From contig OZ245838.1 of NCBI GenBank assembly GCA_965228735.1, positions 7,072,001 to 7,136,000 on the forward strand: DNA of 64,000 bases, written 5' to 3'. Numbering within the stretch: the first letter of the stretch is position 1; each line of letters opens with the position of its first letter. Below the pieces are notes generated by a model. The model was given only the letters and a program-made list of their open reading frames with translations, ran no database searches and had not been told where the DNA came from. Source of the DNA: Planctomycetota bacterium. Its GTDB lineage: Bacteria; Planctomycetota; UBA1135; UBA2386. Positions 9,422 through 18,101 of the stretch are shown here, one piece after another. The position numbers and the translations under genes were made by a program.

Positions 9422-12400
9422 ATGTCTCCCGAAGCCCTGTTTCGCCAGTATCGCGACTTCGGCGACGCCGAAGCGCTCGGGGCCGTGTTCGACCGCCTCG
9501 CGCCGGAGTTGGCGCTGATCGCGGCCCATCTCGTCGGCGCTGACGCAGCCGAAGACCTCGTGCAGGCGACGTTTCTCGATGCGATCGAGCAGCGTGATCG
9601 CTGGGATGGCAGTCGTCCGCTCGCGCCGTGGCTCGTCGGTCTGCTCGGGATGCACGTGCGGCGGGCCCGACGCGAACGCGGTCGGTGGCCCGACGCCGGG
9701 CGTCTCGGGGATCGCCGGTCGGACGTCGATGACCGCGACGGCCCGGCAGCAGCGGCGGTATCGCGGGACACGCTCGCGCTCGTCCGGCGCACGGTCGCGC
9801 AGCTGCCCTCGCACTACCGGACCGTATTGTCGCTGCGCCTCGTCGACGGACTCGAGGTGCAGGCCATCGCGCGCAGCCTCGGCGTGCCGCTCGGAACGGT
9901 GAAGGCGCGGCTGCATCGCGGTCTCGATCTCCTGCGACGGACACTGCCCGCGGGGGTCGCGGGAGCGGTGGCTGCGCTCGGGCTCGTCGAGCCCGCGCTC
10001 GGTGCGGTTCGGGCCGCCGTCGTCGATGCGGCGATGCGGCCTGGCGTCGGTGCCGGCGTCGGCGGCGCGGTCGGCACGGGCGTCGGGACATTGGCCGTGA
10101 CGGGAGCCTGGATCATGAAGCAGTGGATCATCGGGAGCGCGATCGTGCTCGTCGTGTTCGCGGGTTGGCTCGTCGTGCGGTCGGACGCGACGGAGCCGGG
10201 GCAAACCGAAGCCGGGTCAGCCAGTCCGGCCGGTGCTGCCACGGCGGCGCCCGGGGAGCGATCGTCGAACCCCGCGCCCGTCGCTGCGCCGGCCACCGTC
10301 GAACGTGCGATCGTGCCAGCCGCGACGCCACAGTCGCGACTGGGCGCGTTGCGCGTGGCCGTCGTGTGGCGTTCGGACGGTGCGCCGGTCGCCGGCGTGC
10401 AGGTCGAATTGTATCGGCACGGTCGGCGGCGTGCCGTCGACATCGCGCATAGCGCCGACGATGGGGTCGTGACCTTTGCGGACTTGCCGCCCGGTGACTA
10501 CCGGGCGAGCATCGTCGCGCTGCCGCATGCGCCGTGCGAGATTCGGATCGCAGCCGGGACCGCGATCGAACGCGAACTTCCGGTCGGCGGCGATGTGCGG
10601 CTGCGTGTTCTGGTCGCAACCGCGGACGGCGCGCCGTGGTCCGACGCGGCGGTGTGGGCCTACGATCACCTGGGTGGCCCCCTCGGCGGGCGACTGCTCG
10701 GGCGCACCGACGTCGCCGGGGTCCTCGAGTATCGCGGCCTGCCGCCCGCGTCCGTGTGGGCGCGTGCCGTCGGACGCATGCCGAGTCGACTCCACGCCCT
10801 GCCCTCGGACCTCGCGCGCGGGGCTCGGCCGTCGCCCACCGAAGTCCTGCTCGTTCTCGGTGGCTCGGGGGCCGCAGTGCATGGTGTCGTGACGGATCCC
10901 GACGGTCGGGTGGTCCCGGACGCGATCGTCGCGGTCGCCGTCGTGGACGAGTTCGGCGGCACGGACGATCCGCCCGAGGTCACGACGACGACGGACGCGG
11001 CCGGCCGCTTCGCGCTGTCGGAGCTGCCGGTCGGCGAGCGCAACATCGTCGCCACGGCGCCTGGGTTCGCGGCGATCGAGGCGCGGGTCGAGACGCTGGC
11101 CGACGAGGTCGCGTTCGTGCAGCTGCAGCTGCGGCGTGGTGCGAGCATCCGCGGTCGGGTGCGCGATGCCGGCGGCCGGCCGGTCCCGTCGTTGCCGGTC
11201 ACCGTGGGCACGGACGGCGGCGCCACCGGCATCCAGCGCCACGGAGGACGGTTGCGCACGACGCGGACCGACGAGGCCGGGGACTATCGGATCGACGGGA
11301 TCGTGCCGGGGAACGGCAGGGTGCTGGTGCATCTGCAGCCGGTCAGCAAGCGCGAGTTCGTGTTCGTCGATGGTGAGGCGTACGAGTTCGACGTGCAGCC
11401 GGCGCCCCGTGGCGCGATCACAGGCGTGCTCGTCGACGAGGACGGCGAACCGCTCGCGGGTTGGTCCGTGGGGGCCTCGAGTGGCAGGTTCGGCGCCGCC
11501 CCGTTCGCCACCGCCACCGATGCAGGCGGACGGTTCGAGCTCGCGGTTCCCGCCGGCCGAGCGTACGAGCTGCTCGTCTTCGCGCCGCGACAGGGCCACT
11601 GGACCCCGTTCTCGTCACGGCCCCGGCTCGCCGTGTCGGGGGTTTCTCCCGGGGGCGAGCCGATGCGGTTGGAGGTGCCGGACGCGGCGCTGGGCGATGC
11701 CGTCCTGCATGGCAGCGTCGCGCTCCCTGATGGCGAGGCGAGCCGCGCGTCGCTCGACCTGCGCGGGATCGTCGCGGGTAGTGCAGCCGTCGTGGTCGAT
11801 CGTGTCACGATCGCGGCGGGGGCGGCGCCGACGTTCCGATTCGAGCACCTGCCGCCGGGACGATACCGACTCGCGTGCGACTTCGGTGGCCGCGGTCGCA
11901 TCGTGCGTGACGACATCGTCGTGCGAGCGGGTGAGGAGCGCGAGCTCGGCCCGCTGGGCCTCGGGGGGCAAGTGCCGGTTCGCTTGCGGTTGCGGCGCCC
12001 CGACGGTGCACCGGTGACCGGCGCGAGCCTGCGGCTGGTGCCGGGTTGGATCGCGCTCACGGAGTCGCGCCCCGGAGAGTACGAATCTGCGCCGGTGCAG
12101 CTCGGGCGGTTCGAGGTTTCGGCGTTCGGGCCCGGGATCGCCCCGGCGAAGTGGACCATCGATGTCGGTGATGACACGCCGATCGATCACACGCTCGCAA
12201 CGGCGTCGACCGTCGAGTTCGTGATCTCGCCGCGGTCCGAGCGCAAGTCCTGGCGCGGAACGCTCGCGATCGAGCTGCGCGCGACCGGCCCGCGGCCGCT
12301 CGTCCAGGCGATCGTCACTTTGCCCGGTGACCCGATGTACTCGTGGTCGCTCGGGCTGCTGCCGGGCACGTACACGCTGAACGTGCGTGACAACCAGGGC

Positions 12401-12463
12401 AGCGTCGAGCGCACGGTGACCGTCGGCGCCGGCGCGCAGCGGTTCGACGTTCCGTTGCGCTGA
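9422..12463 (+). CDS. ECF sigma-70 factor fused to a membrane helix and carboxypeptidase-regulatory-like repeats
   Basis: Region 2 AEDLVQATFL...PWL; region 4 LPSHYRTVLSLR...IARSLGVPLGTVKARLHRG; TM WIIGSAIVLVVFAGWLVV; repeated G.V.D.DG.PV...TD..G.F...LP.G units. Confidence 0.88.
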   Translation: MSPEALFRQYRDFGDAEALGAVFDRLAPELALIAAHLVGADAAEDLVQATFLDAIEQRDRWDGSRPLAPWLVGLLGMHVRRARRERGRWPDAGRLGDRRSDVDDRDGPAAAAVSRDTLALVRRTVAQLPSHYRTVLSLRLVDGLEVQAIARSLGVPLGTVKARLHRGLDLLRRTLPAGVAGAVAALGLVEPALGAVRAAVVDAAMRPGVGAGVGGAVGTGVGTLAVTGAWIMKQWIIGSAIVLVVFAGWLVVRSDATEPGQTEAGSASPAGAATAAPGERSSNPAPVAAPATVERAIVPAATPQSRLGALRVAVVWRSDGAPVAGVQVELYRHGRRRAVDIAHSADDGVVTFADLPPGDYRASIVALPHAPCEIRIAAGTAIERELPVGGDVRLRVLVATADGAPWSDAAVWAYDHLGGPLGGRLLGRTDVAGVLEYRGLPPASVWARAVGRMPSRLHALPSDLARGARPSPTEVLLVLGGSGAAVHGVVTDPDGRVVPDAIVAVAVVDEFGGTDDPPEVTTTTDAAGRFALSELPVGERNIVATAPGFAAIEARVETLADEVAFVQLQLRRGASIRGRVRDAGGRPVPSLPVTVGTDGGATGIQRHGGRLRTTRTDEAGDYRIDGIVPGNGRVLVHLQPVSKREFVFVDGEAYEFDVQPAPRGAITGVLVDEDGEPLAGWSVGASSGRFGAAPFATATDAGGRFELAVPAGRAYELLVFAPRQGHWTPFSSRPRLAVSGVSPGGEPMRLEVPDAALGDAVLHGSVALPDGEASRASLDLRGIVAGSAAVVVDRVTIAAGAAPTFRFEHLPPGRYRLACDFGGRGRIVRDDIVVRAGEERELGPLGLGGQVPVRLRLRRPDGAPVTGASLRLVPGWIALTESRPGEYESAPVQLGRFEVSAFGPGIAPAKWTIDVGDDTPIDHTLATASTVEFVISPRSERKSWRGTLAIELRATGPRPLVQAIVTLPGDPMYSWSLGLLPGTYTLNVRDNQGSVERTVTVGAGAQRFDVPLR

Positions 12464-12524
12464 ATGCCGACGCGGGCAAATCGGCGAATGCGCGGGCGCG
12501 CCTCGTGTGATATGCCGGCGACCC

Positions 12525-13115
12525 ATGACCTCGATGCGCCCGCTGCCCGTTCGTTCGTCGGTGCTGGCCGTCCTGGTGTTCGCCGCCTGTCAGGGCGCCG
12601 CTGCCGATCGTGGACCGGATCCGTCGCCAGCTGCGGTCGATCCGCGTCTGGCGGTCGCGCCGTTGCCCTACACCGCCGAGCAGATTCGCGAAGCGCACCC
12701 GAGCGGAACGACGATGCGCTTTCGGGTCACCCAGCCGAACGGCACCGGGGTGCAGAGCATGCAGTTCTCCGACTCCGACCCGATCGGGGTGACCGTGGCC
12801 ATGGCCAGGGTCGATGCGAGTGGTGCGACGACGGGAAAGGCGGTGACGACGCGCTCGACGTGGCGTGAGCTGCAGTCGCATGCTGCGTTCCCCGCGCTGC
12901 AGACCCGGCGCGAACGGTCGCGCTGCGTCGTGCCGGCCGGCGACTACGCGTGCTGGCACTACACCGTCTCCGAGACGACGGCCGACGGCCGGGCGGTGAC
13001 GTCACAGTACTGGTTCGCGGACCGCAAGCCGGGGCCACCCGTCCAACTCGTTCGCGCCGTCGACGGCCAGGAGGTCTATCGCATGGAACTCGTCGACTAC
13101 CAGCGCGGGCGCTGA
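12525..13115 (+). CDS. Hypothetical lipoprotein (DUF3108-like beta protein)
   Basis: VFAAC lipobox; VVPAGDYACWHYTV...YWFA...GPPV motif. Confidence 0.65.
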   Translation: MTSMRPLPVRSSVLAVLVFAACQGAAADRGPDPSPAAVDPRLAVAPLPYTAEQIREAHPSGTTMRFRVTQPNGTGVQSMQFSDSDPIGVTVAMARVDASGATTGKAVTTRSTWRELQSHAAFPALQTRRERSRCVVPAGDYACWHYTVSETTADGRAVTSQYWFADRKPGPPVQLVRAVDGQEVYRMELVDYQRGR

Positions 13116-13122
13116 TCGCAGG

Positions 13123-13539
13123 TCACGGCAGCAGTATCCCGGCGACGATGTGGACGAGGGCGTCCGGCAGGGCGAAGCCGAGACCGTCCAGCCAGCTCGG
13201 CTCCGTCGGGGCGAGCGCGGTCAGCGTTGCGGACGGGACCCAGTTGCCGTGGCACGCGCTGCACCGCAAGAAGCTCAGGCCGCCACGCGAACGGCTGCCG
13301 AGAGTCGATGCGGTGCACCGCGGGCACACCTCGGCGCCGGCTGCCGGTGCTGCCACGTCGGCGCGGGCGACCTCGCGCGCGCTGTTCTCGCCGGCGTGCC
13401 GGGCCCAGGTCTCGAGCTCACCGCGGTCGAACCACAGGCCGCGGCACCGGTCCCGGCACACGTCGAGGCGGACTCCGTGCACGGTCGTCTCGTGCAGGAG
13501 GCCGCGGCACTGTGGGCAGATCAGGTTCGGTACGGTCAT
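13123..13539 (-). CDS. Double zinc-ribbon (zf-TFIIB-like) protein
   Basis: CPQC...LDVCRDRCRGLWFDRGEL and CPRC...CSACHGNW. Confidence 0.8.
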   Translation of the reverse strand: MTVPNLICPQCRGLLHETTVHGVRLDVCRDRCRGLWFDRGELETWARHAGENSAREVARADVAAPAAGAEVCPRCTASTLGSRSRGGLSFLRCSACHGNWVPSATLTALAPTEPSWLDGLGFALPDALVHIVAGILLP

Positions 13540-13792
13540 CGGGAATCGGAACGTTGGTGGCCGAACACGCGCGGTAGTTGTCACGAAGTCGAACGGCCGA
13601 TTCGGAGCCCGGACGCGCCGTTGGGTTTTCGTCAACACGCAGCGCTCGTGCCCGTTGTGTGGGCGCCACGTGAAGACTGCGTCGCCCCATCGTGGGGGGC
13701 GAACTCCACCCTGGTCGCGCCTATGATTTTCGGCGCGGAATCCCCCGCAAAATCTCGCCCGGCGCTGCTTTCTGCAGCCACACTTCTACGAC

Positions 13793-14884
13793 ATGCAACA
13801 CGCGCTTCTTTCCCTCGCCTCGGCGGGCGTTCTCGCCACTGCCGCGTTCGCCCAGTCCTCGACGGCTTGTCTGCCCATCGGCACCAACGGTGCGGTGGGC
13901 TGCCAGTCCGCGAGCGCTCCCGTCCTGACCGGCGGCGTGATCGCGACCGGTATTATCGACTTCGACTACAACCAGACGACCGCGATTCTCGAGGTTCGGG
14001 TCACCAACACCTCGCCGGTGCTGACCAACGCCAACAACCCGGTGATCACCGGGGTCGCGTTCAGCTTCCCGTTCAACACCGTCAACAACGCGACGCTCGT
14101 GTCGCAGACGGCGCTCGCCGGTGCGACGCCGAACTTCGGCATGCAGTTCACGTCCGGTCAGTTCCTGCTGCAGGGCTGCATGGGCTGCTTCAGCGTCGTC
14201 CTGACCGCGAACGGTCCGGGTGGCGGTATCGGCAATGATCTCGCGACGCAGTTCGCCAACCCGCCGGTCGTGCTCGGCCGCACGACGTTCCGGTTCCAGC
14301 TCAGCGGTCCGGGTGTCGGCACGCTCGATGCTGACGCGATCTCGTCGATGCTGTCCGGCGGTGGCACCTACAACGTCGCCTCGTCGTTCTTCTTCGAAGG
14401 CGGCGGTGCGAGCGGTTCCGAGAACGGCTATGTCTCGAGCGGCTTCCCGTGCTGCCCGAACAACGCGATGTTCCAGAGCGCCGGTACCGGTTGTGCGCCG
14501 TCGTTCCTCAGTGCCCCGACCGTCACGGGTGTCGGTCTGCCCTACGTCGGTGACGACGTGGTCGTCGACGTCAGCAGCCCCGCCACGCCGAACGCGCCGG
14601 GTCTCCTGATCCACGGCTTCTCGAACACGTTCGATCCGTTCTTCGGTGTGCAACTGCCGCTCGACCTGTCGATCTACGGCTTCCCGGGCTGCTCGCTCTA
14701 CCCGAGCAACGAGTTCGTGCTGCCGATCCTGACCGACGCCACCGGCAGCGCCGGCTACTCGGTCTCGATCCCCGGCTTCGGCAAGTGGTGCGGCCGCACG
14801 ATCACCTACCAGGCGTTCTTCGTGGCGCCGAACGGTGGTGCGATCCTGAGCTCCGACGGGCTCACGGCGACCCTCGGCAGCTGA
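13793..14884 (+). CDS. Secreted beta-rich protein with the shared terminal domain
   Basis: Signal peptide ending AFAQ; C-terminal GLPYVG...LPLDLSIYGFPGCSLY...IP...GRTITYQ...SSDGLTATLGS. Confidence 0.8.
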   Translation: MQHALLSLASAGVLATAAFAQSSTACLPIGTNGAVGCQSASAPVLTGGVIATGIIDFDYNQTTAILEVRVTNTSPVLTNANNPVITGVAFSFPFNTVNNATLVSQTALAGATPNFGMQFTSGQFLLQGCMGCFSVVLTANGPGGGIGNDLATQFANPPVVLGRTTFRFQLSGPGVGTLDADAISSMLSGGGTYNVASSFFFEGGGASGSENGYVSSGFPCCPNNAMFQSAGTGCAPSFLSAPTVTGVGLPYVGDDVVVDVSSPATPNAPGLLIHGFSNTFDPFFGVQLPLDLSIYGFPGCSLYPSNEFVLPILTDATGSAGYSVSIPGFGKWCGRTITYQAFFVAPNGGAILSSDGLTATLGS

Positions 14885-14977
14885 GCTGGCGAGCTGATCA
14901 GCGTTCGGCCCGCCACCCCGGCGGGCCGCCGACCGGCGGCTGTCGCGCTCTGCGGCAGCCGTTGCCGGGTATGGACG

Positions 14978-16198
14978 CTACTTCGCGGCGGTCTCGACGC
15001 GGCGCAGCGCGATCCCGAGCGGCTTCGGCCCCGGATCACGGTTGCGCTGGTTGAAGCGCCACGCACCGCGCCGTTCGCCGACGGCGACGAGCTCGAAGCT
15101 CTCGAAGTCGCCCGTCTTGCTGTGCCAGCGTGACCGGCCGTAGAGCGTGGCGCGGTAGCCTTGCTGGCCGGCGTCCATCACGGCCTCGCCGCGATACTCG
15201 ATCGTCCAGACCGAGCGCTCGACCGCCGTTCGTTGCATGGTCAGGGTCGCGGTCTCGATGTGCTGCTCGCGCCAATGCGGCGCCTGGCCGCGAACGTTGT
15301 CGACGAGCACCTCGCGATAGAGCCGTCGCACGACCTCGTCGTCGACCGGTCGGGGTTTCTTGCTCTTCGTCACGAACACCTTTGGGTCGTCGAACGCGAT
15401 CCAGTTGCGGTTCCAGGCCCACTTCACGAACTCGGTCCAGTTGCGGTCGTCGAAGCGGTTGCGCTGATATCGGCGCACGGACTCGGGGTCGTCCATGCTC
15501 GCGAGGTCGCGCAATGAAACGGCGAATGCGAGCGCCTTGCCCTCGATGTCGGGCGGCATCACCCGGTCGGCGACCGGCACGGGCGCGTTCTCGTAGCCGC
15601 GCCGCTGGCGCAGCTTCTGCCAGCGCTGCAGCGCCCGGCGCAGGCGCTCGCGCATGTCCTCGCGGTCACCGCCGGCTGCGAACCGCCCTTCGAGATACTC
15701 GGCGTCGGGGCCGATCATGTAGATGCCCTGTTTGGTTCCCGGGTGGTTCCAGTCACCTTCGGGCATCGACTCGCCGTACTTGCGGAAGAAGCGGTGGGTC
15801 GGATCGTTCGCGATCCGCTGCACGTGCTGCGGGTTCTCGGGGTAGAGCCCGTAGGCCTCGTCGGCGACGGTGACGAACTCTCGGCTGAGCTTCTGGATCT
15901 CCGGGTCTGACCAGACCAGTTGGCGTCCGCGGACGCCGTTGTTTCAAGTGCAGCCGAGCGGGTGGCCGTTCATCGTCCAGAGCAGGATCGGGCGACCGAG
16001 CTCTCTGGCCTCCGCGATCGCCGGGCCGAGCCGGTTGCGCCAGCCGACCTGCTGGAACGACAGCTCGAGCTCGTCGGGCTCGATGGCCTCGAGCCAGTCG
16101 TCGAGGTTCTTCGGTCCGAGGGTGGGCAGCTCGGTTTGCGCGATGCTCGGCGATGCCAACGCGAACGCCAGCGCCACTGGCGACAGTGCGATCCTCAT
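14978..16198 (-). CDS. Putative secreted thioredoxin-like selenoprotein (GCTU motif; UGA at 15944-15946, codon 85)
   Basis: Signal peptide; VGWRNRLGPAIAEARELGRPILLWTMNGHPLGCT-TGA-NNGVRGRQLVWSDPEIQKLSREFVTVADE continues a thioredoxin-like pattern in frame into the 14978..15823 ORF; hairpins follow the UGA. Alternative start at ATG 16210. Confidence 0.8.
15904..15937 (-). promoter_or_regulatory. Candidate bacterial SECIS hairpins after UGA 15944
   Basis: mRNA: UGA-AACAAC-GGCGUC(CGCG)GACGCC-AACU-GGUCU(GGUC)AGACC. Confidence 0.55.
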
Positions 16199-16215
16199 GC
16201 GCGTGACCATACCGC

Positions 16216-18060
16216 CTAATCGTGGCGGAACACGAGCACGCGCGGGCGGTCGGCCGGGATGCGTTCGACGAGCGTCCAGCCCGCCGGTGGGTCGGCGACG
16301 ACGAGGCCGCGCTCGGGATCGTCGCGCACCCAGCTCGCGCAGATGCGGTGCGCGCGCTCTCCCGTCGGCGGCTCGACGATCGCGAAGCGCACGGTGCGGC
16401 CCCACGGCAGGTTCATCACGTCGGCCAGCTCGGCCTCGGTGTGCGGGAACGGATACCGCGTGCCTTGCACGTGCTCGTCCCAGTCCGCGGTGCGGCCGTC
16501 GGTCGGCCCGAGCAGGTAGTGCAGGTGACCGGCCCGGCCGACGTGCTCGCGCAAGAACGCGTGCACGGCCGGTTGTTCGGGTGCCGGCGAGAACCGGTTC
16601 GGATCGAAGGTCAGCGCGCCGCAGGTCAGGCTCTGGATGGCGAGGCCGAGTCCAACAAGGAGCGCGATGATCGGCGGCGCGACCCGCAGGGGCTGCGGCA
16701 GCCGCGCGACGTGGCCCGCGATCGGGGCCAGCAGCAGCGGCACGAGCACCGCGAGGAAGCGCCAGCCGGGGACGACCTGGGCGTACCACGCGAACGGCAG
16801 GAAGAACAGGACGAAGAGCAGCAGCAGCAAGGAGCGGCGCGCCGGCCGGTCGTCGGTCCACAGCGCGATGCCGACCCAGAGCAGCAAGGGCAGGCCGCAC
16901 GCCAGCGCGGGGTCGACGGGCGAGAAGATCTCGAGCTGGTGCAGCCCCTGTTTGACCGAGCCGAGTCCGAGTCGCATCGCGATGTCGACGATCGAGTGGG
17001 TCGCGAGGTAGTGCGACAGGCTCGCCTGCGCCATCGCGTCCGGGTCGAAGAACGCGTTCCAGCTGTCGAGCCAGAACACCTTGCTCGTGTTGATGTTCCA
17101 GAGCGGCGTGCCGAACACGACGGCGTTGCGCCAGAGTAAAGGCAGCGCCGTGAGCGCGAACGCGGGCACGAGCACGGCGATCGCCGGCAGCGCGCGGTGG
17201 CGCCGCCGAGCGAGCAGCCACAGCACGGTCGTGACCACGAGGAGCGTGCCGGTGCCCTTGAGCAGATAGGCGAGTCCCGCGGCGACGCCCGCGACCGCCC
17301 AGGTCCACCAGCGTTGGCGTTCGCGCTCGCGATCGACGTGGTCGACCCAAACGAGCAGCGCGGCCATCTGCCAGCTCTCGCACGCGACCATCGTCGCGTG
17401 ATCCAGGAACGTGCCGTTCGTGAGCACGAGTGCAGAGACGGCGAGGCTCGGTCCGTCGCCCCATCGCCGGCGGCAATAGCGCAGCACGAGCAGCAGGGTC
17501 GCGATCGCGCCGGCGAGCGCTAGGAGGCGCGCGCGATCGGAGAACCGGTCGCTCCGTTCGGCGAACGTCGACAGCGCGGCCATGTAGAGCGGGTGCTGGT
17601 TGTCGCGGCGGTACTCGCCGCGAAAACACCGGCCCGGCAGCGCCGCGGCCCCGCCCGCGTCCGCGATCTCCAGACTCTGCGACAGGTAGAACTTCGCGTC
17701 CTTCGTCAGCGTGTGGTCGGTCGCGATGCGCGCGAGCCCCGTCAGCGCGAGGGCGAGCACGAGCAGGCCGGCAAAGAGCGGATACCGACGAACGCGCAGT
17801 TCGGCCGGTGGCGCCTGCGGCAGGCGGGCGAGTCGCAGGGCGTGGGGGAGCAGGAGCGCGATCGGCAGCGCGAACAGCAGCGCGAAGCGGAGTCCGTTCG
17901 CGATCTCGGGGGTCACGAAGTCGACGTCGCCGTCGCTCGCGAACCCGTCGATCAGCGCTTTCCAGTCCGCGCCCGACCAGATCGCTCCCGCGATGGTCGC
18001 GGCTCCGCAGAGCCCGAGCAGCGCTCGGGTGATCCTCGTCCTGGCCGTCGCGCCGGTCAT
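16216..18060 (-). CDS. GT-C fold membrane glycosyltransferase (ArnT/PMT family 39-like)
   Basis: Multiple TM helices; DAKFY...QHPLY, ACES, AGLAYLLKGTG, WRFLAVLVPLL motifs. Confidence 0.8.
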   Translation of the reverse strand: MTGATARTRITRALLGLCGAATIAGAIWSGADWKALIDGFASDGDVDFVTPEIANGLRFALLFALPIALLLPHALRLARLPQAPPAELRVRRYPLFAGLLVLALALTGLARIATDHTLTKDAKFYLSQSLEIADAGGAAALPGRCFRGEYRRDNQHPLYMAALSTFAERSDRFSDRARLLALAGAIATLLLVLRYCRRRWGDGPSLAVSALVLTNGTFLDHATMVACESWQMAALLVWVDHVDRERERQRWWTWAVAGVAAGLAYLLKGTGTLLVVTTVLWLLARRRHRALPAIAVLVPAFALTALPLLWRNAVVFGTPLWNINTSKVFWLDSWNAFFDPDAMAQASLSHYLATHSIVDIAMRLGLGSVKQGLHQLEIFSPVDPALACGLPLLLWVGIALWTDDRPARRSLLLLLFVLFFLPFAWYAQVVPGWRFLAVLVPLLLAPIAGHVARLPQPLRVAPPIIALLVGLGLAIQSLTCGALTFDPNRFSPAPEQPAVHAFLREHVGRAGHLHYLLGPTDGRTADWDEHVQGTRYPFPHTEAELADVMNLPWGRTVRFAIVEPPTGERAHRICASWVRDDPERGLVVADPPAGWTLVERIPADRPRVLVFRHD

Positions 18061-18101
18061 CGGCGGCGGATGATACGGCCGTTGCCGCCGAGCGCCCCTG
18101 T

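Noticed and set aside
14905..14940. Intrinsic terminator between convergent genes
   Set aside because: Short GC hairpins are present but there is no U-tract on either strand.
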